DNA of 64,000 bases, taken from the NCBI GenBank assembly GCA_965217865.1, contig CBDCJO010000002.1, positions 352,001 through 416,000 of the forward strand. Direction: 5' to 3'. The stretch comes from Candidatus Latescibacterota bacterium (GTDB lineage: Bacteria; Latescibacterota; UBA2968; SICM01). Under the pieces are notes generated by a model. That model made no database searches and was not told where the DNA came from. It saw nothing but the letters and a program-made list of their open reading frames with translations. Shown one piece after another: positions 31,125 to 42,300 of this stretch (within the stretch, counting starts at the first letter, position 1; each line of letters starts with the position of its first letter). Both the position numbers and the translations under genes were made by a program.

Positions 31125-31379
31125 TTGCCGTTCCCGCTTGATAAATCGCTGCTCTTCCTTGCCGAGTGATTCCGCGCTGTACTGCCCGATCAAGTGAATG
31201 GTCACGGTAGAATCAGCAAGATAGTCTTCGCGGATCTTTCGAAGAATGTAGTCCTCGTCGTTTGACTGAATCGGTTCATCGAGGGATTTGTCGATCATGT
31301 CGACATCGAGATCGGATTGAATGCACTGCTTGTAGGCAGAGTCTTCGGTCTTGAACGAGATGTAGCACTTGTGACCCAT
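31125..31379 (-). pseudogene. Thoeris ThsB-like (MTH538/DUF1863) TIR domain, truncated
   Basis: HKCYISFK.ED...DKSLDEPIQSNDEDYILRKIREDYLADSTVTIHLIG...FIKRE then break. Confidence 0.75.
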
Positions 31380-31933
31380 GAGTGAGAACCTCCACAATAA
31401 ACTACCACTCGTGGCTGGCAGTTTGTTCGCCCGCCCGCCGTACAAAACCAAGGCGAGCGTGTGCCGGTTCAGCCGGAACGGGAGATGTCGCGGCTCTCCA
31501 GCACCAAGACGGTTCGCGCTCCTACCGCCTTGCGTTCCTGAAGCTTATGTTCTCTGCGAAAGCACCTCTGCGTCTAGGGCTGCCTGATTCTCCCGTGAGA
31601 GCCTGAACACGGCGCTCGAGTTCGTCATAATCAACGTTGAGCACAACCACACCCTCATCACGCACTAACAGGGCACCTTGGCTGGCGCCAGCGATGTCCG
31701 ATACGGCTCGGCGGATTTCTGCCTCCTTCACTTCCTCAAAATCGCTCATCTGGGCAACTTGGGTCGCTATCATTGTAATGTTTCTGGGGATGTCGGTGAG
31801 CCTGTTGTGGGCGTCCCGGAGAGCCTTCACCACGGCGAGATAAAGCGCCCGCGGCTCCCATGAGGGGAACCGCAGCGATCCCGGAAACGTCGAGGCCCCT
31901 GACGCCGCCGACTCGGGCAGCGGCGGCGATCCG

Positions 31934-32698
31934 GTGGACTACTTTTTCGCAGCCAGCCACCTCCTGGACCTGGTTCCCAACCCGTGGCAGGGACGCGATC
32001 TGGCCCGGCGCACCTTCGAGGCCCTGCTCGAGCGTTATCCCGCCGAGCGCGTGGCGGCCAATCATGTCTTCGTCCTCGAAGAGCTGCGCCGACAGATCGA
32101 AACGGAACGCGACCGCATGTCGCGCGAGGTCTTTCGTGACCTCTTGGAGTCGGGAAAGATGCGTTTTCTGGTCGTAGCGGAGGATCTCGAATTCAATCGC
32201 CTTCCCGCGAAGATCGAGATTCCGAAGGCGAAGCAGGCGAACAGGGAGGACGGCAGCCCCTACCAGCGCAACCTCTTCGACGTCACCACGGAGGACGATC
32301 TCAACCAGTTCGAGAACAAGGTCGCGACCTATCTGGACCAGCAGGCACGGCTCTTCTTCTGGTACCGCAACCGCGCCCGCAAGGACTATTACGTGCAGGG
32401 ATGGAAGCCGAGCCGGATCTACGCTGACTTCATCGTGACCCTACGGGATGACGAGCCCGGGGCGGACGACGGCTTCCACCAGGTGTTCGTGGTCGAAACC
32501 AAGGGCGTTCACCTGAAGGCGTCGGAGGACACCGAATACAAGCGATCCATCTTCGACATCTGCAGCGAGCACGCCCGCAAGACCGATTGGGCCGAGTTCG
32601 TGCCCGCGATGCGGAGCAAGGTGATGCGCTTCGAGGTCGTGGATGAGGACGAGTGGCAGGCGCGGCTGAATGGGATGCTGTTTCAGGCAAGAGCGTGA
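31934..32698 (+). pseudogene. Type III restriction Res-like C-terminal endonuclease fragment
   Basis: LNQFENKVA.YLD..FFWYRN..YYVQGWK..IYADFI..VVETKG. Confidence 0.7.
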
Positions 32699-32962
32699 AG
32701 GAACTCGGCGAGTCGAACGCGTCGGCACCGTTCGCCGTGATCGGCAAGGAAGTCCTAGCGGGGACGACCACCACCGCCTCGGCCCGCGGGCCAGCGCATG
32801 CCGTGTGTCCCGTTCACCCCACCGAACCGCCGCTCTTGCTCCGGGATGCATGATGCCTTGGTGCGGGACGCCCAGCCAACCAGTCTCCCCTTGATGTTCC
32901 CCAGTGTCGTGACCACGGCCGCAACAGCCGGGCTTCCCCTTCACCCAACGACGTCCTGACCA

Positions 32963-33835
32963 ATGCCTCTTCAGATGGCCTCTGGCAAGCTGTTCCGCTC
33001 CGAACCTGCCCGTACCAACGAGCTTCGGGGCATCCTCTACTCCAATCTTGTTCTTCTCGATCCCCTACAGACGAACGCGGGGAGACTGGTGCCAACAGAT
33101 AGCCTACGGCCAGGCGGTATCGTATACGAGATGAAAGAGCACATGGAGCATCCCCCCGAAGCCGGGGTCTTAGTATCTCGCGGGATCAATCCATACTTGT
33201 CTGACTTTGCCGCGGTCACTGCATTTGGGCTGAACGTAGTTTGCACCTCCGACCCGGATCTCAAGCGCCGATTGATGGTTGGTCCACCAGCTCCAACTAC
33301 GGGTACGATGCCGAAGATATTTGTGAGTACTACGTTTTCCGAGCAGGTGTATTGCACGCCACAACAAGCCAGAAAGTTCGCTGATTTCGTTGGTCAACTA
33401 ATAGGTCTTCGACGGGAGATCTTCTTGGCCTCCATGCGTGCAATTCGGACGTTTGCCACTGGGATGCAGCGGCTGGGCGACGATCTTGATGCCGCTTATA
33501 CATTGTTGCTATCGTCACCGGAGCCGTTGCTTCCGCACTTCGATACTGAGGAGCCGACCTGGAACGATTATCCGGAGAATAGACGCCAACCCATCGACCG
33601 CGCGCTTCGGACTGCGAATGAACAGACACGGCGAGATGTCCAACAGACCCTGCTCGGGTTGGATAAGAACTCCGTTGCTCGCCGATTTCGCCTTCTTGTA
33701 GATGGCCATTTGGACGCATCATTCTTCCGCGAGGAGGCGGCCGAGGGGGTCTCACCCGTCGGCCGCTCCGAGTTGCATCGGTGCTTGGGGCACGCATACG
33801 CTCTGAGGTCGAGCTACCTACATCCAGGCCCTGCT
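32963..33835 (+). pseudogene. Hypothetical Apea/HEPN-like protein, truncated
   Basis: AYTLLLSSPEPL and AYALRSSYLH (Rx4H); composition changes after ~33835. Confidence 0.5.
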
Positions 33836-34082
33836 GTCGAAGGCGCTAGCTACGGAGCAGGTGACGTGAGAGGAGATCGGCGCTCGATGGCTGACCGGGT
33901 TCTCGTCTTTATGGAAGCCCCCGACCGGGCCTGCCGGGAGCGGGCCTTCGTCAGACGGAAGCCGGAATTGGAATCGCCGCGAAGGAGGGTAAGACAGAGT
34001 GATGACGGACGCATTCGAGCCGGGTCTGGAGATGTCACCCGAATTCTGAGGCTGCCGGCCGCCCGGTGCGCTCGGAGATGAG

Positions 34083-34127
34083 CTTCTGCTCGAACTGGGC
34101 GAACGACAGCAGGATGTTCAAGGTGAA
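34083..34127 (-). pseudogene. Serine recombinase catalytic-domain sliver
   Basis: FTLNILLSFAQFEQK. Confidence 0.55.
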
Positions 34128-34516
34128 CGGAGAAGGCGCTGAAGCTTCTTATTTGGCGAAAAGGACAGACACCGCCTTATACCCACGAGCTTTCTACGCT
34201 GGCAGATCGAGCAGAGAGTCTAGGCGCTGGGGCCATTGATCGCATAAAGCTGGCGCTAATCCTGTCCGGACGCGACGCGACTGACATGCGGTATGGCGGC
34301 GATATGACACTGTCCAAGGCCGCTGACGCGTACGGTGCTGCACTTGCCATGATCTGGTAGATTGTCTTCGAAGCCAAACCCGGAACCGAATACAACGTGC
34401 GCGAGGCGCGGTTCAAAATTCGACGGCCGCTTTGGTTCGACTTCGACACAAGCGCGTTCAGTAAGAAATTGCGCTCATAGGTTGATCGCCAAGGCGGCAA
34501 ATGAAGGATGTGTTTG

Positions 34517-34544
34517 GTTTCTGATCCCCATGAGGGGTAGTGAG
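34517..34544 (-). CRISPR. Possible solitary CRISPR repeat
   Basis: CTCACTACCCCTCATGGGGATCAGAAAC: CCCC/GGGG stem and 3' GAAAC; only one copy. Confidence 0.35.
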
Positions 34545-34735
34545 ATCCACCGTGATTGATGTGGGGGCTAACTTGGGCATTCGACCTTATTATTGTTGTT
34601 GTTCCTTCTTTGGAGGTGTTATGCCAAATATGGTATTATTTCCTGAACGATCCACCCGTGTGCCAGCGCTCACAGCCGTGATCGAGAGGCATACCGGACA
34701 TTGATAACTGCGCAATTGCTTACAAGGGGGCAGAG

Positions 34736-36631
34736 GTGTTCAAGACCAATCCCGTACAATTGAAGAAGTTGCTTGATGATGTGGAAGCTGGCCATATCCA
34801 GCTACCGGACTTCCAGCGTGGCTGGATTTGGGATGACGACCGCGTCAAAGGCCTAATGGCAAGCATCTCCCAAGGCTTCCCAATCGGGGCAGTGATGACG
34901 CTAGGGTCGGGAGGCAACATTCGTTTCAAATACCGTCCCATTGAAGGCGTACCTGACAATGACATCAATGCGCCCGACGAATTCCTCCTGGACGGGCAGC
35001 AGCGGCTCACGTCACTGTACCAAGCTCTGCGTCACCCTGACGCGGTTGCCACAAAAGATAGTATGGGCAAGCGGATTGAGCGCTGGTACTACATCGACAT
35101 GATTCATGCACTGGATCCTAATGTTGACCGAGAAGAAGCAATTTTAAGTATTCCGATACAAAGAAAACTTGCACGGGATTTCGGGCGAGAAATCTTTCTA
35201 GATCTGTCTTCTCCTAAACTGGAATACGAGCACCACATGATGCCAACAGAGCACCTTCTGGATGCTATGGATTGGCTGTTTGCATATAACGACCACTGGC
35301 AGAATAGTCCGAACAAACATCCAGCAGGTGATATAGCGGGTTTTAGGAACGAGTTCGTGAATAACATCGTGAATAATTTCACCGGATACTCGCTGCCGGT
35401 TATCAGTTTGAACAAGGAAACACCGAAAGAGGCCGTCTGCACGGTTTTTGAGAAGGTGAACACCGGCGGCGTTACCCTGAACACGTTCGAACTGGTGACG
35501 GCGGTATTTGCGGCCGAGGATTATTCGTTGCGAGACGACTGGAAGGAAAGGCAGCACCGCCTGCACTCCAACTATGCCGTCCTGCAAGGCATTGAAGGTG
35601 AGCAGTTTCTTCAGGCTGTTACGCTGCTGACGAGCCAACAGCGTCGGAGACAGGATTCGGACGGCAACTCTCCGCAGCAAGCCCCCGCCATCAGTTGCAA
35701 GAAGCGCGATATCCTCGACCTCACCCTGCGCGACTATCGCGATTGGGCAGACAAGGTGCAATCCGGCTTCATTGAGGCGGCCAAGTTCCTGCACAGACAG
35801 TTTGTGTTCGCAAAGCATGATGTGCCGTACAACACACAGCTTGTATCGTTGGCTGTGCTCTACACAGAATTGGGTAACGAACTAAAACCCGCTACCGCTA
35901 CGGAGCGACTAGAACGCTGGTATTGGACGGGCATCTTCAGCGAGGCATATGGTGGCGGAACAGAAACCCAGTTTGCCAAAGATCTGGCGGAAGTTGCCGA
36001 ATACATCCGGAGCGGGGCGGAACCACGGCTCGTGACGGAAGCCAGTTTCATCCCCGAGCGTTTGATTTCGCTGCGCACCAGAAGAAGTGCCGCCTATAAG
36101 GGCCTTTATGCGCTTCAGATGAAAAATGGAGCAGCAGACTGGCGAACCGGGAAACCCCTGTCTCTTGCTACCTGGCACGCAGACAATATCGACATTCATC
36201 ATGTTTTTCCCGTAGCATGGTGCACGGATGACAAGCGTAATGTATCGAAGCGGCTATATGACTCGGCCATCAACAAGACGCCGGTCGATGCCCAAACCAA
36301 TCGTATCATCGGCGGTCAAAGCCCCTCGATTTACCTCGCCAAGCTTGATCGGCAAATCAAGAGTCTGGATCAATTACTTTTGACACACTGGTTGAAGCCA
36401 GATCTACTGCGCAACGACCAGTTCAGGGAATCGTTTGTGGAGCGCGGTCAAGCCATGCTTCAGCTAATTCACAAGGCCATGGGAAAGCAGGCGGTCGATG
36501 GTCGCGATGCATTCCAGAATGCGCTCACCTCTGTTGGCGACGCCGACAAGTTCGATGAAGATGTCAGCGATTACGACGTAGTGGGAGATGCAGCTTACTC
36601 TGATGTGAACGAGGGCGAGAGTGAGGAATAG
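34736..36631 (+). CDS. GmrSD-like type IV restriction enzyme (DUF262 + C-terminal HNH-like domain)
   Basis: IQLPDFQRGWIW, LLDGQQRLTSL, VFEKVNTGG, DIHHVFP, N..I. Confidence 0.88.
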   Translation: MFKTNPVQLKKLLDDVEAGHIQLPDFQRGWIWDDDRVKGLMASISQGFPIGAVMTLGSGGNIRFKYRPIEGVPDNDINAPDEFLLDGQQRLTSLYQALRHPDAVATKDSMGKRIERWYYIDMIHALDPNVDREEAILSIPIQRKLARDFGREIFLDLSSPKLEYEHHMMPTEHLLDAMDWLFAYNDHWQNSPNKHPAGDIAGFRNEFVNNIVNNFTGYSLPVISLNKETPKEAVCTVFEKVNTGGVTLNTFELVTAVFAAEDYSLRDDWKERQHRLHSNYAVLQGIEGEQFLQAVTLLTSQQRRRQDSDGNSPQQAPAISCKKRDILDLTLRDYRDWADKVQSGFIEAAKFLHRQFVFAKHDVPYNTQLVSLAVLYTELGNELKPATATERLERWYWTGIFSEAYGGGTETQFAKDLAEVAEYIRSGAEPRLVTEASFIPERLISLRTRRSAAYKGLYALQMKNGAADWRTGKPLSLATWHADNIDIHHVFPVAWCTDDKRNVSKRLYDSAINKTPVDAQTNRIIGGQSPSIYLAKLDRQIKSLDQLLLTHWLKPDLLRNDQFRESFVERGQAMLQLIHKAMGKQAVDGRDAFQNALTSVGDADKFDEDVSDYDVVGDAAYSDVNEGESEE

Positions 36632-36742
36632 CAGGCTGCGCCGTAGAGACTGGCGAAGGGGGGGCGTAAAAGTGAATTGCCCTCCCATACCGTAAACCGC
36701 ATGTCCGCCTTTTGGTTTGCAAGCAATTTCCGTAGGCTGAAA

Positions 36743-36760
36743 ACCACAATATGTTGTGGT
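36743..36760. promoter_or_regulatory. NrdR-box-like palindrome within a ~65-bp segment repeated at 12682-12745
   Basis: ACCACAATATGTTGTGGT. Confidence 0.35.
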
Positions 36761-36831
36761 TTTTGGCGGACGAAAATTATATATATTTTTAATAAACAAC
36801 ATGTTGCGAAGGTGCGATGTTGCGAAGGTGC

Positions 36832-37426
36832 GCATCACAGGCAGGCGCCACCCCAACTTTGCGGGAGAGCTCCTCTGCGGCCTGTATCAACCGCTGTCGT
36901 CTTCGTCGAGCTGGCTCAGGGGGATCCCCAGGAGCTCGGAGGCTTTTTTTTGGATCTCCAGCATCGCCTCCGCACGCTGTAAGCGCCGCTTCAGGCGGGC
37001 GTTTTCCCGCTCCAGTTGTTTGACCCTGGGATCTTCCGGCTTTGCCTTGGGACCTCGCTTCTTTTTGGCAAGGCCTTCCCTGGCGACTTGGTCTATCTGC
37101 CGCCGCCAGGTGGTCAGGTTTGAGGAATGCAGGCTTTCCCGTCTGAGAATCGCCCCAACCTCCCCGGGGGCCTTGCACTGATCGACTTCCCGGAGAATGT
37201 GCAGCTTGTATTCTGTCGTGAAACGGCGGCGCCTCGCCTTCTCCGAAACAGCCGGGTCCAGCACCGAACCATCGGCGCCTGTGGCAGGATCTCCAGTCGC
37301 CCTACGGGCTCCTTCCGCTCCTGCCACCCCATCGGACAAACTCAGTGACTTCATCATCCAATCCTCCTCACCCTCTACACTAAACTCAGCCGGGAAACTG
37401 TCTCACTATTATAGACACGGAGGGTA
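36832..37426 (-). mobile_element. Truncated IS3-like element (left end, orfA 36887-37357, start of orfB)
   Basis: RRRFTTEYKLHILRE..LRRESLHSSNLTTWRRQ..LERENARLK..IQKK; end TGTCTATAATAGTGAGACA. Confidence 0.75.
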
Positions 37427-37457
37427 AATCCATAGGCCATTTAGGAGTAATTTAAGC

Positions 37458-39235
37458 TTGGATAACCGATTCTTCGAACAGCCAGTCCTGAACTCTCCCT
37501 ATGAGTACCCAAAGCAACACTGGGAGCTTGATGAGGACGGCCAGCCAACGCAGCGGATCATCGAAAGCCGCCGGAGCGCGAAGTTCGTCACTCCGATTCC
37601 CAAGCCGCGAAAGCGCAAGGGATCGGTTGAGCAGCGGGAGCTCGTTCTGGGGGAGGGCAGCGGTCTCTCTACGGAAGAGCAGCAGTACGACCCGACCTCC
37701 ATCATCAATGCGCTCCGGAGCCATGTGGACCGATGGCGAATGGTGTCAAACCCCAGTGACTGACAAGTGACGCCGGAGACGGCCCGCCTGCTCCAGCACT
37801 GGCGGCACCACAGGTTCAGTGACATCCGGCCGTTCTTTTGTCAAATAGAAGCCATCGAGACCGTTATCTGGCTTACGGAGGTGGCTCCAAGAGGACGGAA
37901 GGCGGGTCGAGATTTCCTGGACCATATTGCGAATGCCAATAAAGACGCGAACCCGGAACTCTTGCGGGTGGCGCTTAAACTAGTACCAACCTGCGGAAAT
38001 TCGCGTAATATGATTTCCTATCAAAAACAGGATGTTAAGGGCGGATTTGCACGCATAAACTTGCGCAACTAAGTACTAGCTACTGGAGCTGGCGAGACCA
38101 CGGTCATGGCCATGTTGATTGCCTGGCAGACAATAAACGCCCTGCGCCGACCGACCAGCAACAGATTCACCCGTGGGTTTCTGGTGGTGACACCCGGTTT
38201 GACGATCCGCGATCGGCTGCGGGTGCTCCAGCCGAACGATCCCGACAGTTATTATGTAAGTCGTGAACTTGTGCCTGGGGATATGATTGGGGACCTCGAA
38301 CGCGCCAAGATCGTGATTACCAACTTCCATTCTTTCAAACTCCGCGAGCGTTTGGATCTGTCGAAGGGCGGGCGCTCACTTCTCCAGGGACGGGGTGAAG
38401 CGCTGAACACCCTGGAAACCGAAGGACAGATGCTCCAGCGGGTGATCCCCGGCCTGATGGGGACGAAGAACATCATGGTGCTGAACGACGAGGGGCACCA
38501 TTGCTACCGGGAGAAACCAGGGGAAGCCGATGAAGGTGATCTGAAGGGCGATGACAGAAAAGAGGCGGAGAAGAACAGTGAGGCCGCACGACTATGGATC
38601 TCTGGCCTTGAGGCGGTGAAACGCAAACTCGAAATCGGGCGCCTGATTGACCTGTCGGCGACGCCGTTTTTCCTGCGGGGATCGGGATACGCTGAGGGCA
38701 CGCTGTTCCCCTGGACGATGAACGACTTTTCGCTTATGGATGCCATCGAATGCGGGATTGTCAAGCTCCCGCGTGTCCCGGTAGCGGACAACATACCCGG
38801 CGAGGAGATGCCCAAATTCCGCAACCTGTGGGAACACATTCGTGCGCGGATGCCGAAGAAAGGCCGTGGCAAGTCAAAGGCGCTCGACCCACTGGCCCTG
38901 CCTGTTGAGCTCCAGACCGCTCTGGAAGCGCTTTACGGGCACTATGAGAAGACCTACGATTTGTGGGGAGAGGCCGGGATCCGCGTTCCCCCCTGTTTTA
39001 TTATCGTCTGCAACAACACTTCGACGTCCAAGCTGGTGTACGACTATATCTCGGGCTTCCACCGGGAGAACGAAGACGGGTCAAACACGCTTGAGAACGG
39101 TCGTCTGGCTCTTTTTCGGAATTTCGACGAGCACGGCAATCCCCTCGGAAGGCCGCGGACGCTGCTGATCGACAGCGAGCAGCTGGAATCCGGTGACGCG
39201 TTGGACAAGGGTTTCCGCCATATGGCAAACGATGA
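37458..39235 (+). pseudogene. Type III restriction Res subunit (BPTD_3080-like): internal stop, MITE insertion, truncated
   Basis: FFEQPVLNSPYEYPKQHWELD, PFFCQIEAIET, LKL|ATGAGETT, NDEGHH, DLSATP, LLIDSEQLESG; TGA at 37761. Confidence 0.85.
37984..38075. mobile_element. 92-bp MITE-like insertion with CTAG target duplication
   Basis: CTAG at 37980-83 and 38076-79; imperfect IRs TACcaacctGCGgAAaTT / TACttagttGCGcAAgTT; removal restores LKLATGAG. Confidence 0.8.
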
Positions 39236-39366
39236 AGGCGCGAGCAGAGGAGGTTGCAGGCAGCGTTGATGCAGCTTGGGATCGATGAAGGGGTGCTCTC
39301 GCGGTTTGCCGAGATGGTTTTGGGTCGGGCGGAACGGTGCGCGCTGACGGTTCGGAGGTGATTCGC

Positions 39367-42300
39367 ATGGAACCAGACATCGATGATCGTGTCATCTTCC
39401 TTGGCGACGGGCTGCCGGCGATTCCCGAGCGCTTGTTGCTGGCGCATGCGCGTGGCGAAGTGCTGTTCATCTGTGGCGCCGGAATTTCGATGCCGGCAGG
39501 TCTGCCGGATTTTCGTGAACTCGTGCTCGGTGTTTATCAAAAGCTCGATAAGGCAGTTCATGGGGTGATCGTGGGCCTGCCGCATGACGTCTGCAACCAA
39601 TGGGAAGACAGCTGCTCAGGTCTTACCGAACGCCAAGCGGCCGAAGTGAGGCGGTTCGTTATTGGTGATCACGACGTTGTGCTTGGCATGCTCGAACGCC
39701 GCCTGGATGATGAGACACAAGGCGACAGCAGTGTGAGGCGCGAAGTCGTCACGCTCCTGCGCGCGGGAGGAAACAAGCCGGCGGCCATGCATCGCGCGCT
39801 CATGCGTCTCGCCGATCGCGGCGGCGCGGTGACGATTGTCACGACCAACTTCGATCTCCTGCTCGAGATGGCCGGGAAACGTCTTCAGTCTCCGGTCGAG
39901 ACCTATTCGCTGGGCTCAATCCCGCGTCCTACAAAGCGGACCGATTTCGCGGGCGTGCTCCATATCCACGGGGTGCTGAACACGAACCCACACCGGGTCT
40001 CCGAGCTTGTTCTCTCGGACCAAGATTTCGGTGAGTTTTACATGCGGCGGCGTGTTGTCCCGGATTTCATCTATGACACGGCTCGCCTGTTTCACCTCGT
40101 CCTGGTCGGCTATAGCGCCAACGACCCGCCGATGCGATATCTCCTGAATGCCGTTGCCGCGGATGGAACTCGTTTTGACGACCTCAAGGAGCGGTTTATC
40201 TTCTTCGGCGCCAGCCCGCGTGACCCTGTGGCGCTGGAAGATTGGAAAGCACGTGGGATTACTCCGATCCACTATGACTCCAAGGACGATCACGCGGTAC
40301 TGGGTGAGACGTTTGAACGGTGGGCGGAACTTTCTGCAATCAACGGAAAGACAAGAACGGTCGACAAAGAGATCCGGCGGATCGTGAAGGCAACCAAGGC
40401 CGACGCGCTCGAAGCGGACCACGACCTGTTCGATCACCTGCTTAGGCGAAGCAACGCCAGCGAACGCATTCGATTGTCGGCGTTGGTGTCCGGTGAAAAA
40501 GCGGATCTGGGCTGGCTCGACGCCATCGTGAAGATTGGCGCGGAGAAAGGAGCGGGAGCGCAATTCATGATTCCGCCTTGGGCGACTCTCGACGACAATG
40601 GTCGCGCCATGTCTCGGGCGACGGTTGCCTTTTTGAAGCATCGTCTTGCTGAGTCCGACACGATCGTGTGGGCATTGCGGTTAAATTCTGAACAGAACAT
40701 TGAGCGGATTGCGGTCACCCATTTGTTGAACAGCCCAAATGGGCCGGTGCTTGAGGAGCCCTGGGCAAGCGCATGGCGCCTGATCGAAGAGAGTTGGTCT
40801 CGTAACCTCGACGGGGAAGACCCCTCAATGGTGGATATCTACAATATCCAGCAACGGCTTCATGCAGGAGATCGATCCGGCGCGATCCTGTCCGCGATCG
40901 TGAACCTCGTTGCACCTGGCCTGAAAGTTCAACCGATCGACCCCTACTACAAGTGGCAGTTCCTCAAGAAGCCGCGCCGTCCGAGTCATCCGAGTCATCT
41001 GCTATCGGCGAGTCTGACGAGCGGCGAACTTGTTGATCTGAATATTCTTAGGCTGGCAGAACTCACGGAAGTCCCCTTTCTGATGGCTTTGGCGAATGCG
41101 CTTGAAGCGGCCGTCAACCACGGACTGGATATCGCCCGCCGGATCAGCGGGGATGGTGAACCGGAGCTTTGGCGATTGGGCTCACTGCACTGGGTCGGCT
41201 ACACCCAGGCCGCTCCTGAAGTAGATGGAGAAAATGAGCCTAATGCCTACAACCCCGGCATCGCTCCTGCCGTCAAATTCCTCCACGCTGTAGTAGCACG
41301 CATTGCCGAACTGGAACCCAGGTCAGCACGGCCATTCGTCCAGCGCTGGCGCTTTGTGAGTTCTCCGGTCCACATCCGACTGGGGGCGGCGGCCGCACTA
41401 AACCCTCTGTTGGCTTCGGCCGAGGAAGTCGCAAAATTTCTCATCGGGCTCAATGATCGTCAGTTCTGGGGTTTGCATGAATTCCCGGAAATCGCCAAAC
41501 TTCGGGCATTGCGTTTTGCCGAACTCGATCGCGAAACGCAAAGGGCGATCACCGCACGGCTCCGCAAACGCCCGCCGCGCGACCATTGGCTAAGGAAGTC
41601 GGACGCCGACCAAGTCAAGAACGCGCGTCTGTATTGGGCCGTTCGGGAACTCAAGCGGATTGAGATCGCCGGGGGCGACCTGCCGCGCGATGCGCGATTA
41701 TGGTTGGAAGCCGGGATCGGGCAGTTTGCCGATCTCGCCGAGATGAAGATCGACGACGGATTTCCCGGAGCACCTCAGGTTTCTGCCGTCCCTCGTTATC
41801 TCGACGACCGATACGATGCGCTTCAGGGCGACGCGCGATTGCGCACCCTGGAAAAGGCTTTGTCGACCGAACGAGGCGGCTGGGATGATGACTCAGCAAC
41901 ACGAGCGAGTAATTGGCTCCGACAATCGGACAAAACGGTCCTTGTCCTCGGCGATCTGGAAGCTGTCGAGGATGGCGGCGATAAGTTTCCAAGCGTGTGG
42001 AACCGCTTTAGCTGGGTGCATGCGCCCGGACAGCCGGAATCGGAAGTAGATTCGCAACGCGATCTGCAAGACGAAGCGGAACGCGTCCTCCGGCTCTTGG
42101 AAAAGCCGTCCGACAAGACCTTGTCAGCCCCCATCGAAGGTATCAGCCAATGGCTGTATGTCTGGAGAAAACAAATCATCGACTCGCCCCAGGTCTTGCG
42201 GGTGTGGCTGAGGATCTGGCCGATTGCGGTCGAAGCGACCAATGTCAATCAGCAATCGGAAGACGATGCTGGGGAACTCATGGATTACGACACGCTCAAT

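Noticed and set aside
37450-37465. Partial match (CAAGCTTAA) between the CRISPR spacer and the start of the type III Res gene
   Set aside because: Only ~9-12 nt; expected by chance in 64 kb
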